From the NCBI GenBank assembly GCA_008369845.1, contig MRSU01007380.1:1-64000 (forward strand): a stretch of DNA of 64,000 nt. Direction: 5' to 3'. Below the pieces are notes generated by a model. That model saw only the letters and a list, made by a program, of their open reading frames with translations, was not told the DNA's origin and did not search any database. The stretch comes from Trichomonas gallinae. Taxonomy: Eukaryota. The position numbers and the translations under genes are program-made. Position 1 is the stretch's first letter. Every line of letters starts with the position of its first letter. Shown piece after piece: positions 20,499-31,721 of the stretch.

Positions 20499-21674
20499 TT
20501 GACAGCCGATTATTTCCCTCTCAACTCACTTTTGCTTCACAATGACGATTATTTTCAATTCAAAGTTTCATTAAATAAGGGGTAGATTAGGGATCATTTC
20601 CCTGCCCTATTCAATGTTGTCAACACATCACTAGGTACAAATCGCATCCATTATCTACAAGATGGTAAGCGTGTTCTCCTTCGCTATCCTTGCACAAAAA
20701 ATGAATGCACACCTTATTATGTCACACTTACTCCAGGACGATATAAAGTTGAAGTTTGGGGCGCTGGAAGCTCTATAAACAGCACGTACTACAGCCTAGG
20801 CGCATATGCATCTGGCATAATCAGAGTAAACATATCTTCTTCTTTTTATCTTTTTCTTGGCCAAAGTGGATCAATAAACTGTCTGCCATCATATAATGGT
20901 GGTGCTCCATGTATTAAAGCAGATGCTAGACAATCAAGTGGAGGTGGTGCATCAGACTTGAGATTTGTTGGAGGAAAATGGGATGATTTTGAAGGACTAA
21001 AAAGTCGAATCATTGTTGCAGGAGGTGGTGGTGGACTGACAAATCATCAAGGTGGCGCTCTTTCATCATATGGTGGAACATATAATGGGATTTCTGGTGC
21101 GAAAACAATAAATGTTGGATGCTTGCCTTATTGCTCTTCTACTAATTGTGAGATATCAATTCCAACTGGTGGAACTCAAACATCAGGTGGGATTGGTTCA
21201 TCTACACTTGGTATTGGCAGTTCTGCCAGTGGAATATTTGGGATGGCATTGCCTAATTCTCATACAAAAATTGTATATGTCCCTGGTGGTGGAGGTGGGT
21301 ATTACGGAGGCGGAAATGGCGCCTCTGTTAACTGCATTGTCACCAACGCTGGTGGGGGATCGTCGTTTGTTTCTGGAATGGAAGGATGCAATGCAATATC
21401 AAAGGATTCGACTGATTTTGACAATATTTTGCACATGAATCAGTCCATCCATTATTCTGGAATTTATTTCACTGATTCTGTCATGATTGCTGGAAATGAT
21501 ACGCAAATGCCACATCCATCATATCATTGCTGGTCTGTAAATGAAGGTGGTGCTGCACAATTCACACTTCTCGATTACACGCCTCGTATATTCACATGCG
21601 ACCACCTCTTCAATTTTTCTGGCCACAATGTTTTTCTCATACACGTATTCGTATTCATCGATGACTCTAGCTAA
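20499..21674 (+). pseudogene. Glycine-rich (ALK/LTK Gly-rich-domain type, PE-PGRS-like) protein; TTG start and in-frame TAG at 20583
   Basis: Frame extends about 125 codons upstream of the 20958 ORF (YPC..CTPYYVTLTPGRYKVEVWGAG, GAYASG, SGGGASDLR, SRIIVAGGGGG, GGGYYGG, GGGSSFVSG, IHYSG). AAAGTGAC at 20478. Confidence 0.75.
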
Positions 21675-21921
21675 TATAGCCTCTATGATTCATATGAATT
21701 GTACTCAAAATATCAATAATTACAAGACATTATTGGAAGCTGTATTGATAGAAAAAAAAGTATTTTTGAATCTAATGTAAATTAACATTAGATTAGTTAA
21801 TTACACATATTGTTTATATGTAAAAAGTTATTATATCCATAGAATGTGCATCTTTAGATCAAATTATGAGAAAATAATTTTCGGTGTTAGCCCCTGCATT
21901 TTAATTTATATATGATTGAAA

Positions 21922-23211
21922 ATGCTGGATGTTTATAATATTTGGAAGGATTCAAATGCTGGAACAAAAAATACGCCATCTTCTCGTCGAAAAACACTAA
22001 CTGCGATTGAAATTATTAACAAATACAAAAATTCGAATAATGATTCCGAAAAATCTGAAGTTCTACAGGATATATATTATTTATATGGACATAACTGTCT
22101 GAATGAAGCCAGTGTAGATGACATAATCATATCAATAATTATTGAAAATTTAAAATCTCAGCATGAAGCTTTAATTATAGCGTCAATTAGGTGCATTTCG
22201 ATAATGATACAAGAAAATAACTGCCACTCGGAAAATTTAACAACAGAACTAATTTTAAAAATTTTACAACTTCTTGTGTCTGAAAATGATAGTCTGATGT
22301 TCCATGCACTAGAGTTGGCTGAGGTATGCACGAAAAGCAGCAAATTTACAAATTTGGTGTTCGAAAACTATAATTTTGAATTTTTCTTCAATATTGCGCT
22401 TAATTATGAAGATGATACAATAATATCATGGTCAATTAATTGTGTAGTTGGTTTTATTTATAATAGCTTAATTGAACATGAATGTTTTCCATATATTATC
22501 GAAAATTTAAATCATATCTTTCTGAAAATATATCAAAATGATAATTGCAAACATCCAAAAGCATTAGGATCAGTATTAATTACATGTTGCTACATTGCAT
22601 CAAACCAAAATACTCATCAATTCCTTGAAAATTCAGTTATAATTAATTCATTACCTAAATTTGTCAATTCAACCTCATCAAATATCTCATACTTATCATT
22701 ATGTGCTATATATAACATGATCACTTACAATTTTAGTTTTGAAGATGAATCACTACCAATTTATATTTTTGATGCGCTACACATGGATTCTGCCAAAGTT
22801 CAAACAATATCTTTGAAGACTCTGTCAATATTAATCCAGAAAAATCCATTTGCAGGACAAATATTAATTGCAGATTATGGAATTCTAGAATTATGCAGTC
22901 AATTATATGCTCAAAGAATTTACAATATTAATTATAACATAATTCAACTGATGTCTGTCCTTGTAGACACAAATTTAGAATATCTCATTAATTTCATTGA
23001 TGAAATTGACTTCTTAAGTGATATATTAGAGTTCTCTCTCCCATGTAACAGCGATTTGAAAATCAAAGTACTTCATATTTTCCATATTTTGATGAATTTT
23101 AATATTTCATTTTCTCAGTTCATAAAAGAAGATGTAGTTGAAGACTACCTTCAATGTGAAGATGATGAAGTATCACTATGCGCAAAATATATTCTTGATA
23201 TGATTTCATGA
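21922..23211 (+). CDS. Hypothetical ARM/HEAT-repeat-like helical protein
   Basis: 429 open codons from ATG 21922. Amphipathic helical pattern, C-terminal CEDDEVSLCAKYIL. Confidence 0.7.
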   Translation: MLDVYNIWKDSNAGTKNTPSSRRKTLTAIEIINKYKNSNNDSEKSEVLQDIYYLYGHNCLNEASVDDIIISIIIENLKSQHEALIIASIRCISIMIQENNCHSENLTTELILKILQLLVSENDSLMFHALELAEVCTKSSKFTNLVFENYNFEFFFNIALNYEDDTIISWSINCVVGFIYNSLIEHECFPYIIENLNHIFLKIYQNDNCKHPKALGSVLITCCYIASNQNTHQFLENSVIINSLPKFVNSTSSNISYLSLCAIYNMITYNFSFEDESLPIYIFDALHMDSAKVQTISLKTLSILIQKNPFAGQILIADYGILELCSQLYAQRIYNINYNIIQLMSVLVDTNLEYLINFIDEIDFLSDILEFSLPCNSDLKIKVLHIFHILMNFNISFSQFIKEDVVEDYLQCEDDEVSLCAKYILDMIS

Positions 23212-23711
23212 AATGATTAGAACGGATCAAACCGTATTTATTCACTGATTAGGTAATATTATAGAATTATAGCTCTATTTCAATAACTTATTCAAATTCT
23301 TAGATCAATTCTACAATTTCATATAAGTTTCATTCATCTCTATATGATATCATTGCTCCAATTAATTATGTACATTTTGTCAATTCTATCGACAGTATAT
23401 GCTCATTTCAAACAAAAATGAAATCAAATTTCGAAATACATCTATACCTAAATATTTAGATTACATGGAATGTTTAATTATATCCATCAATTATCAATAA
23501 ATTATCATCAATATCTTGCAAATAAAAACAAGAAGATGATGATTTCACAGGTGATAAAACTTTCGAATTTTACTGAAGATGTTTATACAACAGTGGTACT
23601 ATATACAATCATATAATTAAAAAGATTATGTTTGAATTCGTTCATATTAAAAACAAACTTTACATATGTAAATATTAATATAAATAACAATCTAACATAA
23701 CAAAATATAAA

Positions 23712-26700
23712 TTATGAGATTAACTTAGTGAAAAGTGGATGTTCTGGGACAGTCACTTTGAGCGAAATAAGAGTTCTTGATACTCTGTCGATTCTCTGTA
23801 AGATCTTCTTAGTCTCCTTGTCGACTTCAGTGATTTGCCTCTGTGTATCCTTAAACTGTTCGTTGTAGTCTTGAAGAACGGAGTTGTTAACGATTTCATC
23901 ATCGACATCGTCCTTTCCGAATTTTTCCTTAGCGAGTTGTTCGTTTCTCTCGCACAACGACTTGGCCTTGTCGAGCTCGCTTTGCGCAAACATGACATTC
24001 TCAGGTCCATATGTCGTCTTCTTATCTTCGATCATCTTAACAAGCTCATCGAGTTCTTGCTGAGAACTCTTCAGGCGCTCGCGTGCTGTCTTTTCCATGG
24101 CCTTGTTTGATTCTAGAACCTTCCAAAGCTTAGGAACATCTGGCTTGCCCTTCCTTCTCTCTTCGGCGAGTTCCTTGTTCTTGTTGTCGAGGATCCACCT
24201 GAGATCTTCGACCTTGCAGCGAAGCTTCTTTTCAACTGGTCCGAGGTCTCTTATCTGCTGCTCGATTTGCTGTGTCTGCTGGCGCATTTTCTCGATGTCC
24301 TGCTCGACATTGATTCTCTGCTGGTGCTCAGGAGATACATACGTGCTGCCTTCTCTGTACTTTGAGATGTAGTCGTCGAGTTTGGTGACTTCACCCTGCA
24401 AATCATCGTTGTCGCGATTTCTGAGAGCCAAGACTTCCTTTCTCTCTTGGAGGCGGCGTCTTTCGACTCTGATGATAGCCTCGTTCGATCTTGATGTGGA
24501 GATCGCGTTGTTGTTCTCTGTGATCTTGCTTCTCTTCGAGTTCAAGTCTGACAAGCTCAGCTCTGTGTTGACAGCAACATTAGCCTTCGGAGAAACTGTT
24601 TTGATTGAGTAGTTGAAGCTGTCAATTGCGCAGCCTTTAGCTTCTAATTTCTGCTTGGCTTCGAACTGCAGCAATTTCAACTGCATAGTGAGATCTGATA
24701 TTTCCTCATCATAAGCTTGTAAGTCGACAATTGCGTCGTTGATTTTGAGTCTGAGTCTCGCTCTGTCGATTTTGTGTGACATTGCTTTTCTGACGATGTG
24801 TCTCTTGAATGATTCGTCTTGTGGTGATAATGGTGTCCTGAGTATTGAATCTGGGAGCTTCTTGTTGCTGTTCGACTGCGGAACATCGCGCGGAGAAACT
24901 GGCGGACTCATTTGCAAGTCTGTTGGGTTATAGTTTGAATCATTCATCTCTTCTTCTTCATTGAACATCAGTGTGCTGAGTTCGTCAGCTCTGACACCAT
25001 CAGGGACACTTGGGCTCTTGTACTTCTTGATAAGCTTGACGCGTGGAATGGATTTAGGATCTTTCCTGAGTTGCTCCTTCTGTTCGTCGGTCAGATGGAT
25101 TCTGTGCTTCCTCCTTCTATTCTTTTCTTGCTGGTACTTTTCTGGAGACATTCCTTTGACAGGGGACCTGATTGGAGAGAACAGAGACTTAGACGGTGAA
25201 TCTTTGACTCCTGACTTTCTCCTTTCTTTGTTCTTGTCTGCATCTTTGTCACTCTTACCTGACTTGCTGTTATTCTTGTCGCTTTTAGCGTTGTTCTTGT
25301 TTGACGATTTGCCAGATTTCGAAGAAACGTCATCTTTGTTGGACTTGGATAATTTCTTGGCTTCTGGTTTGTTGTTGATTTGCTTTGATGCTTTTTCTTC
25401 TGGTTTATTTTCTTTAATGTTGCTATTGTTATTTTCTGGAGCAATGTTTAAGATTTCTCGTGGCCTTCTGATGCAGTAAGCATAGGACGGCTTAGGAGGA
25501 ACTGGATCAAGAATTTCAAAGTCGTCATCATCGTATTCGCTGTCTGCGTTGTTCTTCTTCTTTTCGTCTTCTGGTGAATCAATGACTTGATAACGCGGCT
25601 TTGATCTTGGCCTGTATTTGATGTTGCCGTTTTCGTCTTTGTAGGCTTCCATTTCTTCCTGGTCCTTTGTTGGCTTGATTTCGAGCTTAGGAAGATTTTC
25701 TACTTCAAACTTATGTTCTTCGCTTTCGCCTGCAAGAGCAACACCTGGCTCTAAGTTGTTCGTGTCTTTCCTCCTTCTTCGCCTTCTCTTCTTCGATGAA
25801 TCTCCTTCTTCATTGTCTTCCTCATTTTCGTCATCCAAGTTATCGTTTTCGCTGTTAATGTCTTCGTTGTTGCCTGATGTGCTCCTCCTCTTTCTTCTGC
25901 GTCTGCGAGATTTTTCTTCGTCATTTTGGTCTTGATTTACATTGTTTTCTTCCTCGCTTTCGGCATTTGAGCGATGTTTCCTCTTCCTGTGCTTGTGGGC
26001 TGGATCATAGCTGTCTAACTCAGCATTGTTTGAGACTTCATCTTTGTTTGCCTCGTCGGTTATTTGTGAAACATTATCATTATTAAGATCTTTCTTAGAT
26101 GATGTAGCATCTTTTCCTTCTTCCTTAGATACTGTATTTGCAACAGTATTTGCTATATCTAAAGCTGTCTTCTCCAAGTCCTTTTGTGATGATTTTCCGT
26201 CTTGCTTTGATGCTTCGTTGTTCTTTTCATCTTTAGAAATGTCTTTCTTAGATGATGTTGCATTGTTTTCATCCTTGTTTTCGTTATTAATGTCCTTCTT
26301 TGAAGAAGTTGCCTTGTTTTCTTCTTTGTTTGAATCAGCAAGATCTTTCTTAGATGATGAAACTGCTTTAGATTTCTCTTCTTCTGACTTTGAGACATCT
26401 TTTTGAGATGCAGTTTCGTCGGGCTTCTTTTCTTTACTGATGTCTTTCTTTGATGTTGTTGTTTCATCCTTCTTATCTGTGTTTTTGCTTTCTAGGTCTG
26501 TCTTTGCGATGTCTTTCTTTGATTCTGTCGCCGATTTTTCGTCTTTGGACTTTTCTTGTGAATCTTTTGTTGAGCTCTCAAGATCTTTCTTTGATGCAGA
26601 TGCATCTTTGTTTTCTGTTTCTTCGGATTTTGTGACATCTTTCTTGGATGATGTTGTATCTTCTGTTTTAGCCTTTTCTGATTCTGCGACATCCTTCTTT

Positions 26701-29700
26701 GAAGCCGCTGCATTTTCATCAGCTTTGCTTGAAGCAGCATTTTCATCTTTCTTTGTCTCATTGATATCCTTCTTTGACGATGTTACATTTTCGTCTTTCT
26801 TTGATGAAGCTTCTTCATCTTTTGTGGATTTGTCGAGGTCCTTCTTTGAAGATGTTTCTACTTCCTTATTAGACTTTGAAAGATCTTTATTGGAATCAGT
26901 TGCACTCTTAGAATCTTCTGCTGTTTTGTCTGATTTAGCAGCATCCTTTGTAGCAATTGCACTGGCAGCATCTTTGATGATGTTGTCAAGTTTCTTGTTT
27001 GACTCTGTAGCATTCTTATCATCTTTGGTTTCTTCTTTCTTTGACGTATCTTCAGTCGACTTCTCCTTGGATTCATCTGATTTTGCAAGCTCCTTCTTTG
27101 AAGCGTTTTCTGTAGAATTCTCTTCTGTCTTTGCAATGTCTTTCTTTGAAGATTCTACATTCTTTTCTGCAAATTCAGATTTGGAAATATACTTCTTTGA
27201 TTCTGCTGCATTTTCGGCGTTTTCAATGTCTTTCTTTGATGACGTTGCATTTTCTTCATCCTTTGTAGATTCTGTGACATTTTCAAGGTCTTTCTTTAAT
27301 GATGTAGCATCTTTGTCGTCCTTCTTTGACTCAACTGTATTTTCTTCATCTTTTGTCAAGTCTTTCTTGGATGAAGAAGCTTCTTGCTTCGACTCTGCTG
27401 CTTTGTCCTCATCTTTATTAAGATCTTTCTTCGAAGAAACTGCATTTTCTGTTTCATTTTTAATGTCCTTATTTGATGATGTTGCATCATCCTTGGATTT
27501 TCTTTCGTCTGCAGCAGCAAGGTCCTTGTTGGATTCTGTATTTTCTTTGTTTTCTTCTTGTGTCTTGTTAGAAATGTCTTTCTTTGATGCTGTTGCTTCT
27601 TTTTGAGCATTGATGTCCTTCTTTGATTCATTGGCTTTGTCTTCAATGTTCTTCTGTGATTCCGTTGCCTTGTTTTCATCTTGCTGTGACTTATCAAGAT
27701 CCTTCTTTGATGATGTTGCATCATCTTTTGTCTCTGTTGATTTCTTCCTTCTGTGTTTCTTTGTCTTTGCTTCTTCTCCATTCTGGCTTTCGTGGACAGA
27801 ATCGAGAGCATTTTCAACAGCCTTTGATTCATCCTTTGCAAGATCTTTCTGCGACTGTGTCGCATTCTTTTCTTCGATGTTCTTCTGCGACTTTGTTGCC
27901 TCATCTTCTTCTTTAGCAGCAAGGTCTTTCTTAGATGAAACAGCATCTTCATTAGTAACATCCTTCTTTGATGATGTAGCTGCATCTTCTTTATCAGCAA
28001 GGTTTTTCTTAGATGAAGCAGCATCTTCTTTTGTTACATCCTTCTTTGATGATGTGACATCATCTTTCTTTGTTGCTTCATCTCCTTTCTTGGATTCATC
28101 TTTGTCAGACTTAGAAGCATCAACGACACCAACAACAGTGATGTCTTTATTTGATGATGCAACCTCTTCATTCTTAGCTTCAGCCTCTTTGTAAAGATCT
28201 GTCTTTGATGATGTTGCATCTTTGTTTTCGTTGTCGATGTCTTTCTGAGACATTGTAGCATCTTTGGCCTTTGACAAATCTTTCTTGGACTCTGTAGCAT
28301 TTTCATCATTCTTTGCTGACTCTAAATCTTTCTTTGAAGCAGTTGTATCCTTTGATTCTTCAGCTGTTGATTTATCTTTATCTGCTTCTTGGGTGGACTT
28401 TTCATCAGCTGCAATGTCCTTCTTTGATGCTGCTGCACTTTGCTTGTCATTTTCTTTGATATCTTTTTGTGATGATGCTGCCTTGTTTTCTGCATTTTCG
28501 TCTTCTTTCTTTTCTTGATCTGTGACATCTTTCTTGGATGCTGTTGCTTCTTCATCGACCTTTTCAGCTATTGCAAGATCCTTGTTAGATGGTATAGCTT
28601 TGTCTTTAGATTCTTCAGCATGGAAATCTCTATTCTCAGCATTTTCATCAACTTTAGATTCATCATTATCATCCTTTAAAACATCTTTCTTCGATGATGT
28701 TGCGTCTTTGTTTGCTTCTTCAAGGTCTTTCTTGGAAGAAACTGCATCTGTGGCTTCATTATCGATGTCTTTTTGTGACTTTGTAGCATCATTTTCAAAA
28801 TCTTTCTTTGATGACCTAGCTTCTTCGTCATCCTCAGCAAGTCCTTTCTTGGATGATGCAGCATCCTTTGCCTCATTTTCGAGATCTTTCTGAGACTTAA
28901 TTGCATCATTGTTATCATTTTCAGCAAGATTCTTCTTAGATGAAGCAGCATCTTTAGACTCGTTTTCGAGATCCTGCTTTGATGATTTAGCTGCATCTTC
29001 TTCTTCTTTAGTTACATCCTTCTTTGATGATGTTGCATCTTTTTCTGCTGTTTCGAGATCTTTCTGAGACTTTGTAGCATCTTTAGATTCATTTTCGGGA
29101 TTCTTCTTTGATGATGTTACATCTTTGTTGGCACTCTCGACATCTTTCTGTGACTTTGTTGCTTCATTTTCAGCAAGATCTTTCTGTGATTTAACTGCTT
29201 CTTCTAAATCTTTCTTAGAATCCTTAGCAATATCTTTCTGAGACTTATTTGCTTCTTCATTGTTAGAAAAGTCTTTCTTTGATGTTGTAGCCAATCTCTT
29301 CTGTGATGATGTAATTTCATTGTCATCCTTGAATGTTTCACTGACGTCATTGTCAGCATTGAGATTCGCCAAATCTTTGCTGGACAATTTATTGTTTTCT
29401 GCCTGATCATTAGCTATCTTTCCGAGGTCTTTCTTCGATGATGTAGCTGACTTCCTTTCTTTTTCAGATGTCGAGTCTTTAGCTGCAGATTTTCTCCTTC
29501 TACCTGAGCTCTTAGAAGAAGCAATCTGCTCATCATCGATGCTGTCAATGTTATTAGGAATACTATCAATATTATTGTTAATTATGTCATCATCATTCAT
29601 ATTATTAACCTTTGTTTTTTCGACTTCATTATTATTTTGTTTTTCAGTGTTGTTTTGGTTATTTCCTAAAGCTTCATCTACGGAATTCTTGAGAGATTCG

Positions 29701-31163
29701 ATGTTCTTCTGTCTTGATGATCTTCCGCTGTGTCTTGGGTTGTATGTAAGCTCTGTTTGTGGTGCTAAAGCTTTGGATGTGTTTTCTTTAGCCATTCTCC
29801 TTATTTCTTCTAAATCATCGTGATTCAAGTCTTGTATTGATGATTGGTGGCTGATCTTATCTATGGATTCGCCTCCATCGTCTTCCATGTTGACTTCTGT
29901 GTTCTCGGCGCTCTTCTTGGCGTCGATCTTCTTCTTTGTGTACTGAGATCTTGGGTTCCTCGAAGGCGGTTTAATTACTCCATTTTCATCCACCGAATCT
30001 GACGCGTTTGACTTTCTTACGAACCTTGCATGTGCTTTTTGGGGTATTTGATGTGCATTTGGCGGATGTAAATTTAATTTATTCGAAGTTCCGAGATTTG
30101 GCTTGATATAAGTAGCTCTAAGTTTCTGCATTGATGTGACGATGTTTGTATTACGATTTGCTTGCGAAGTTACTGGCTTTGCGCTTTGTTTATTAAGGAT
30201 ATCTTCGAATTGATTCTCTTTCTTGCCTTTCGGTGTCTTAAACCTGTCAGTATTAGTAGAAGGTCCTTGTTTCAGGCTGGATCTCGACCTGGAATCAGCC
30301 GTTGAAACAAATTCTTCTTCATCTGATCTTGGCGTGTAAGGAGCTGAAAAGAACATTTCTGAGTCGGATATGTTGAATATATTGTATTTCGCTTGATTTG
30401 ATTGATAAATGCCAACTTTTTTCTCTAAGAAAGGAATCATTGCTTGTAAACGCCTATCAAGCTCTTCGAAGTCCATATCTCCGCGATCGAACATGTCTGG
30501 ATGCTGACCAAAGATTGACACGCGCATTTTGTGCGATTGTTCAACTTGTTTCTGTAATTTACGTAGAATATATTGATAATTTGAATCGAGAATTATTCCT
30601 GACTTCTCCAGCATGAGAATTATACGGTGTGCTTCGTCTGTTAATTCCTTGTTCATTGATATCAATTCTTTAGAGAGTCCGTTGAGGTTTTTCACGCGTG
30701 AAATAACCTGTGTTTCACGTTCTGCTTTGGAGTTGTACTTTTTCGCCTGTTGCTTGAGGTGTTCAATGTACTCAGCCAAACGATTTATTTCATTATTTAA
30801 ATTTTCAATCGCCAAACCGTGCGTTTCCTTTCTAGCGCGATTCTTAAATTGCTCTAGACGGAAAAGCGCGTTCTTATGGGCTTGTTTGTACGTTTCTAAT
30901 TTCGATGAGTTATCTTGCAAGTATTTTTGAAGAGTTTGAAGATGGCGCTTACGCTCAATAAGTCCGTCATTCAATTGTTGGTTGGCGTCAACAACAGCAG
31001 ACGTTTCGGCCGTGAGCCTGTTATTTATATTAAGATTATTACTTCGTTCTTCTGATAACTGCCAAATCATTTCCTTTAAATGCCTCCTCTCCGCTCCCTT
31101 GATGCTAACTACCTTGGGCTCAGGCTTCATTCCAGGCGAGATCAAAGAGAAAACGGAAGTCAT
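23712..31163 (-). CDS. Large (2483 aa) protein: N- and C-terminal coiled coils flanking a charged repeat region
   Basis: Uninterrupted ORF with ATG. Heptad-rich ends, central (D/E)ATSSKKD(L/I/V) repeats and Arg/Lys clusters. Confidence 0.9.
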   Translation of the reverse strand: MTSVFSLISPGMKPEPKVVSIKGAERRHLKEMIWQLSEERSNNLNINNRLTAETSAVVDANQQLNDGLIERKRHLQTLQKYLQDNSSKLETYKQAHKNALFRLEQFKNRARKETHGLAIENLNNEINRLAEYIEHLKQQAKKYNSKAERETQVISRVKNLNGLSKELISMNKELTDEAHRIILMLEKSGIILDSNYQYILRKLQKQVEQSHKMRVSIFGQHPDMFDRGDMDFEELDRRLQAMIPFLEKKVGIYQSNQAKYNIFNISDSEMFFSAPYTPRSDEEEFVSTADSRSRSSLKQGPSTNTDRFKTPKGKKENQFEDILNKQSAKPVTSQANRNTNIVTSMQKLRATYIKPNLGTSNKLNLHPPNAHQIPQKAHARFVRKSNASDSVDENGVIKPPSRNPRSQYTKKKIDAKKSAENTEVNMEDDGGESIDKISHQSSIQDLNHDDLEEIRRMAKENTSKALAPQTELTYNPRHSGRSSRQKNIESLKNSVDEALGNNQNNTEKQNNNEVEKTKVNNMNDDDIINNNIDSIPNNIDSIDDEQIASSKSSGRRRKSAAKDSTSEKERKSATSSKKDLGKIANDQAENNKLSSKDLANLNADNDVSETFKDDNEITSSQKRLATTSKKDFSNNEEANKSQKDIAKDSKKDLEEAVKSQKDLAENEATKSQKDVESANKDVTSSKKNPENESKDATKSQKDLETAEKDATSSKKDVTKEEEDAAKSSKQDLENESKDAASSKKNLAENDNNDAIKSQKDLENEAKDAASSKKGLAEDDEEARSSKKDFENDATKSQKDIDNEATDAVSSKKDLEEANKDATSSKKDVLKDDNDESKVDENAENRDFHAEESKDKAIPSNKDLAIAEKVDEEATASKKDVTDQEKKEDENAENKAASSQKDIKENDKQSAAASKKDIAADEKSTQEADKDKSTAEESKDTTASKKDLESAKNDENATESKKDLSKAKDATMSQKDIDNENKDATSSKTDLYKEAEAKNEEVASSNKDITVVGVVDASKSDKDESKKGDEATKKDDVTSSKKDVTKEDAASSKKNLADKEDAATSSKKDVTNEDAVSSKKDLAAKEEDEATKSQKNIEEKNATQSQKDLAKDESKAVENALDSVHESQNGEEAKTKKHRRKKSTETKDDATSSKKDLDKSQQDENKATESQKNIEDKANESKKDINAQKEATASKKDISNKTQEENKENTESNKDLAAADERKSKDDATSSNKDIKNETENAVSSKKDLNKDEDKAAESKQEASSSKKDLTKDEENTVESKKDDKDATSLKKDLENVTESTKDEENATSSKKDIENAENAAESKKYISKSEFAEKNVESSKKDIAKTEENSTENASKKELAKSDESKEKSTEDTSKKEETKDDKNATESNKKLDNIIKDAASAIATKDAAKSDKTAEDSKSATDSNKDLSKSNKEVETSSKKDLDKSTKDEEASSKKDENVTSSKKDINETKKDENAASSKADENAAASKKDVAESEKAKTEDTTSSKKDVTKSEETENKDASASKKDLESSTKDSQEKSKDEKSATESKKDIAKTDLESKNTDKKDETTTSKKDISKEKKPDETASQKDVSKSEEEKSKAVSSSKKDLADSNKEENKATSSKKDINNENKDENNATSSKKDISKDEKNNEASKQDGKSSQKDLEKTALDIANTVANTVSKEEGKDATSSKKDLNNDNVSQITDEANKDEVSNNAELDSYDPAHKHRKRKHRSNAESEEENNVNQDQNDEEKSRRRRRKRRSTSGNNEDINSENDNLDDENEEDNEEGDSSKKRRRRRRKDTNNLEPGVALAGESEEHKFEVENLPKLEIKPTKDQEEMEAYKDENGNIKYRPRSKPRYQVIDSPEDEKKKNNADSEYDDDDFEILDPVPPKPSYAYCIRRPREILNIAPENNNSNIKENKPEEKASKQINNKPEAKKLSKSNKDDVSSKSGKSSNKNNAKSDKNNSKSGKSDKDADKNKERRKSGVKDSPSKSLFSPIRSPVKGMSPEKYQQEKNRRRKHRIHLTDEQKEQLRKDPKSIPRVKLIKKYKSPSVPDGVRADELSTLMFNEEEEMNDSNYNPTDLQMSPPVSPRDVPQSNSNKKLPDSILRTPLSPQDESFKRHIVRKAMSHKIDRARLRLKINDAIVDLQAYDEEISDLTMQLKLLQFEAKQKLEAKGCAIDSFNYSIKTVSPKANVAVNTELSLSDLNSKRSKITENNNAISTSRSNEAIIRVERRRLQERKEVLALRNRDNDDLQGEVTKLDDYISKYREGSTYVSPEHQQRINVEQDIEKMRQQTQQIEQQIRDLGPVEKKLRCKVEDLRWILDNKNKELAEERRKGKPDVPKLWKVLESNKAMEKTARERLKSSQQELDELVKMIEDKKTTYGPENVMFAQSELDKAKSLCERNEQLAKEKFGKDDVDDEIVNNSVLQDYNEQFKDTQRQITEVDKETKKILQRIDRVSRTLISLKVTVPEHPLFTKLIS
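26080..29450 (-). repeat. Degenerate coding repeat array encoding (D/E)A(T/A)(S/K/E)S(K/Q/N)KD(L/I/V)
   Basis: Dozens of TCTTTCTT(T/A/G)GATGATG-type units on the + strand with variable spacers. Confidence 0.85.
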
Positions 31164-31721
31164 CGAGAAATAAAAAAAATTTAGTAACGAAAAAATAGAA
31201 TTTCGGCATTATTTGTTTTTATTATGTTTTTGGCTTTTATACAAAGATTAACGCATATTTACATTAAAAATTTAAAAATCACGTTGATATGTTATATCAT
31301 TAGCTTTAATTGGATTTACTCCTTAACTATTAGCTACACTAATTCTAACAGACGCTATATCATATGATCTCAAGCTTAACTCTCTAAATATATCGATTTT
31401 TTGATAGATTTTAATTAAAAATCAACGACAATAGATTACTCCAATCACATTTCACATAGAAAGAATGGATTTCAATCTACCATTAAATAAATAAGTTTTA
31501 TAATTTTAGCAAAAAAAATTATTTCGGCAAATTACATGGAAATGTGGTTTATTATATAGTAAACAATAAATGTAGTTAAATGAAAATATTGTCAGTAAGA
31601 ATCTGAGATAGTGATGTAAAGAAAATTTGATCTCGTAAAAATGAAAGATAATGTTTCGTGTAAATGATAATAAATAGTCTAGCTAGTATAATAATGTATA
31701 TTAAAAGATTGTAAAGTAATT

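Noticed and set aside
12529..20585. Alternative genetic code (TAA/TAG read as Gln) to explain the in-frame stops
   Set aside because: TAA, TAG and TGA all end conserved genes in this window, and long genes have no internal TAR codons.
24097..29823. Many long + strand ORFs (e.g. 26440..27606, 388 aa) rich in S/F/L/D
   Set aside because: Antisense shadows of the K/E/D/S-rich repeat gene; the complementary codons rarely form stops.
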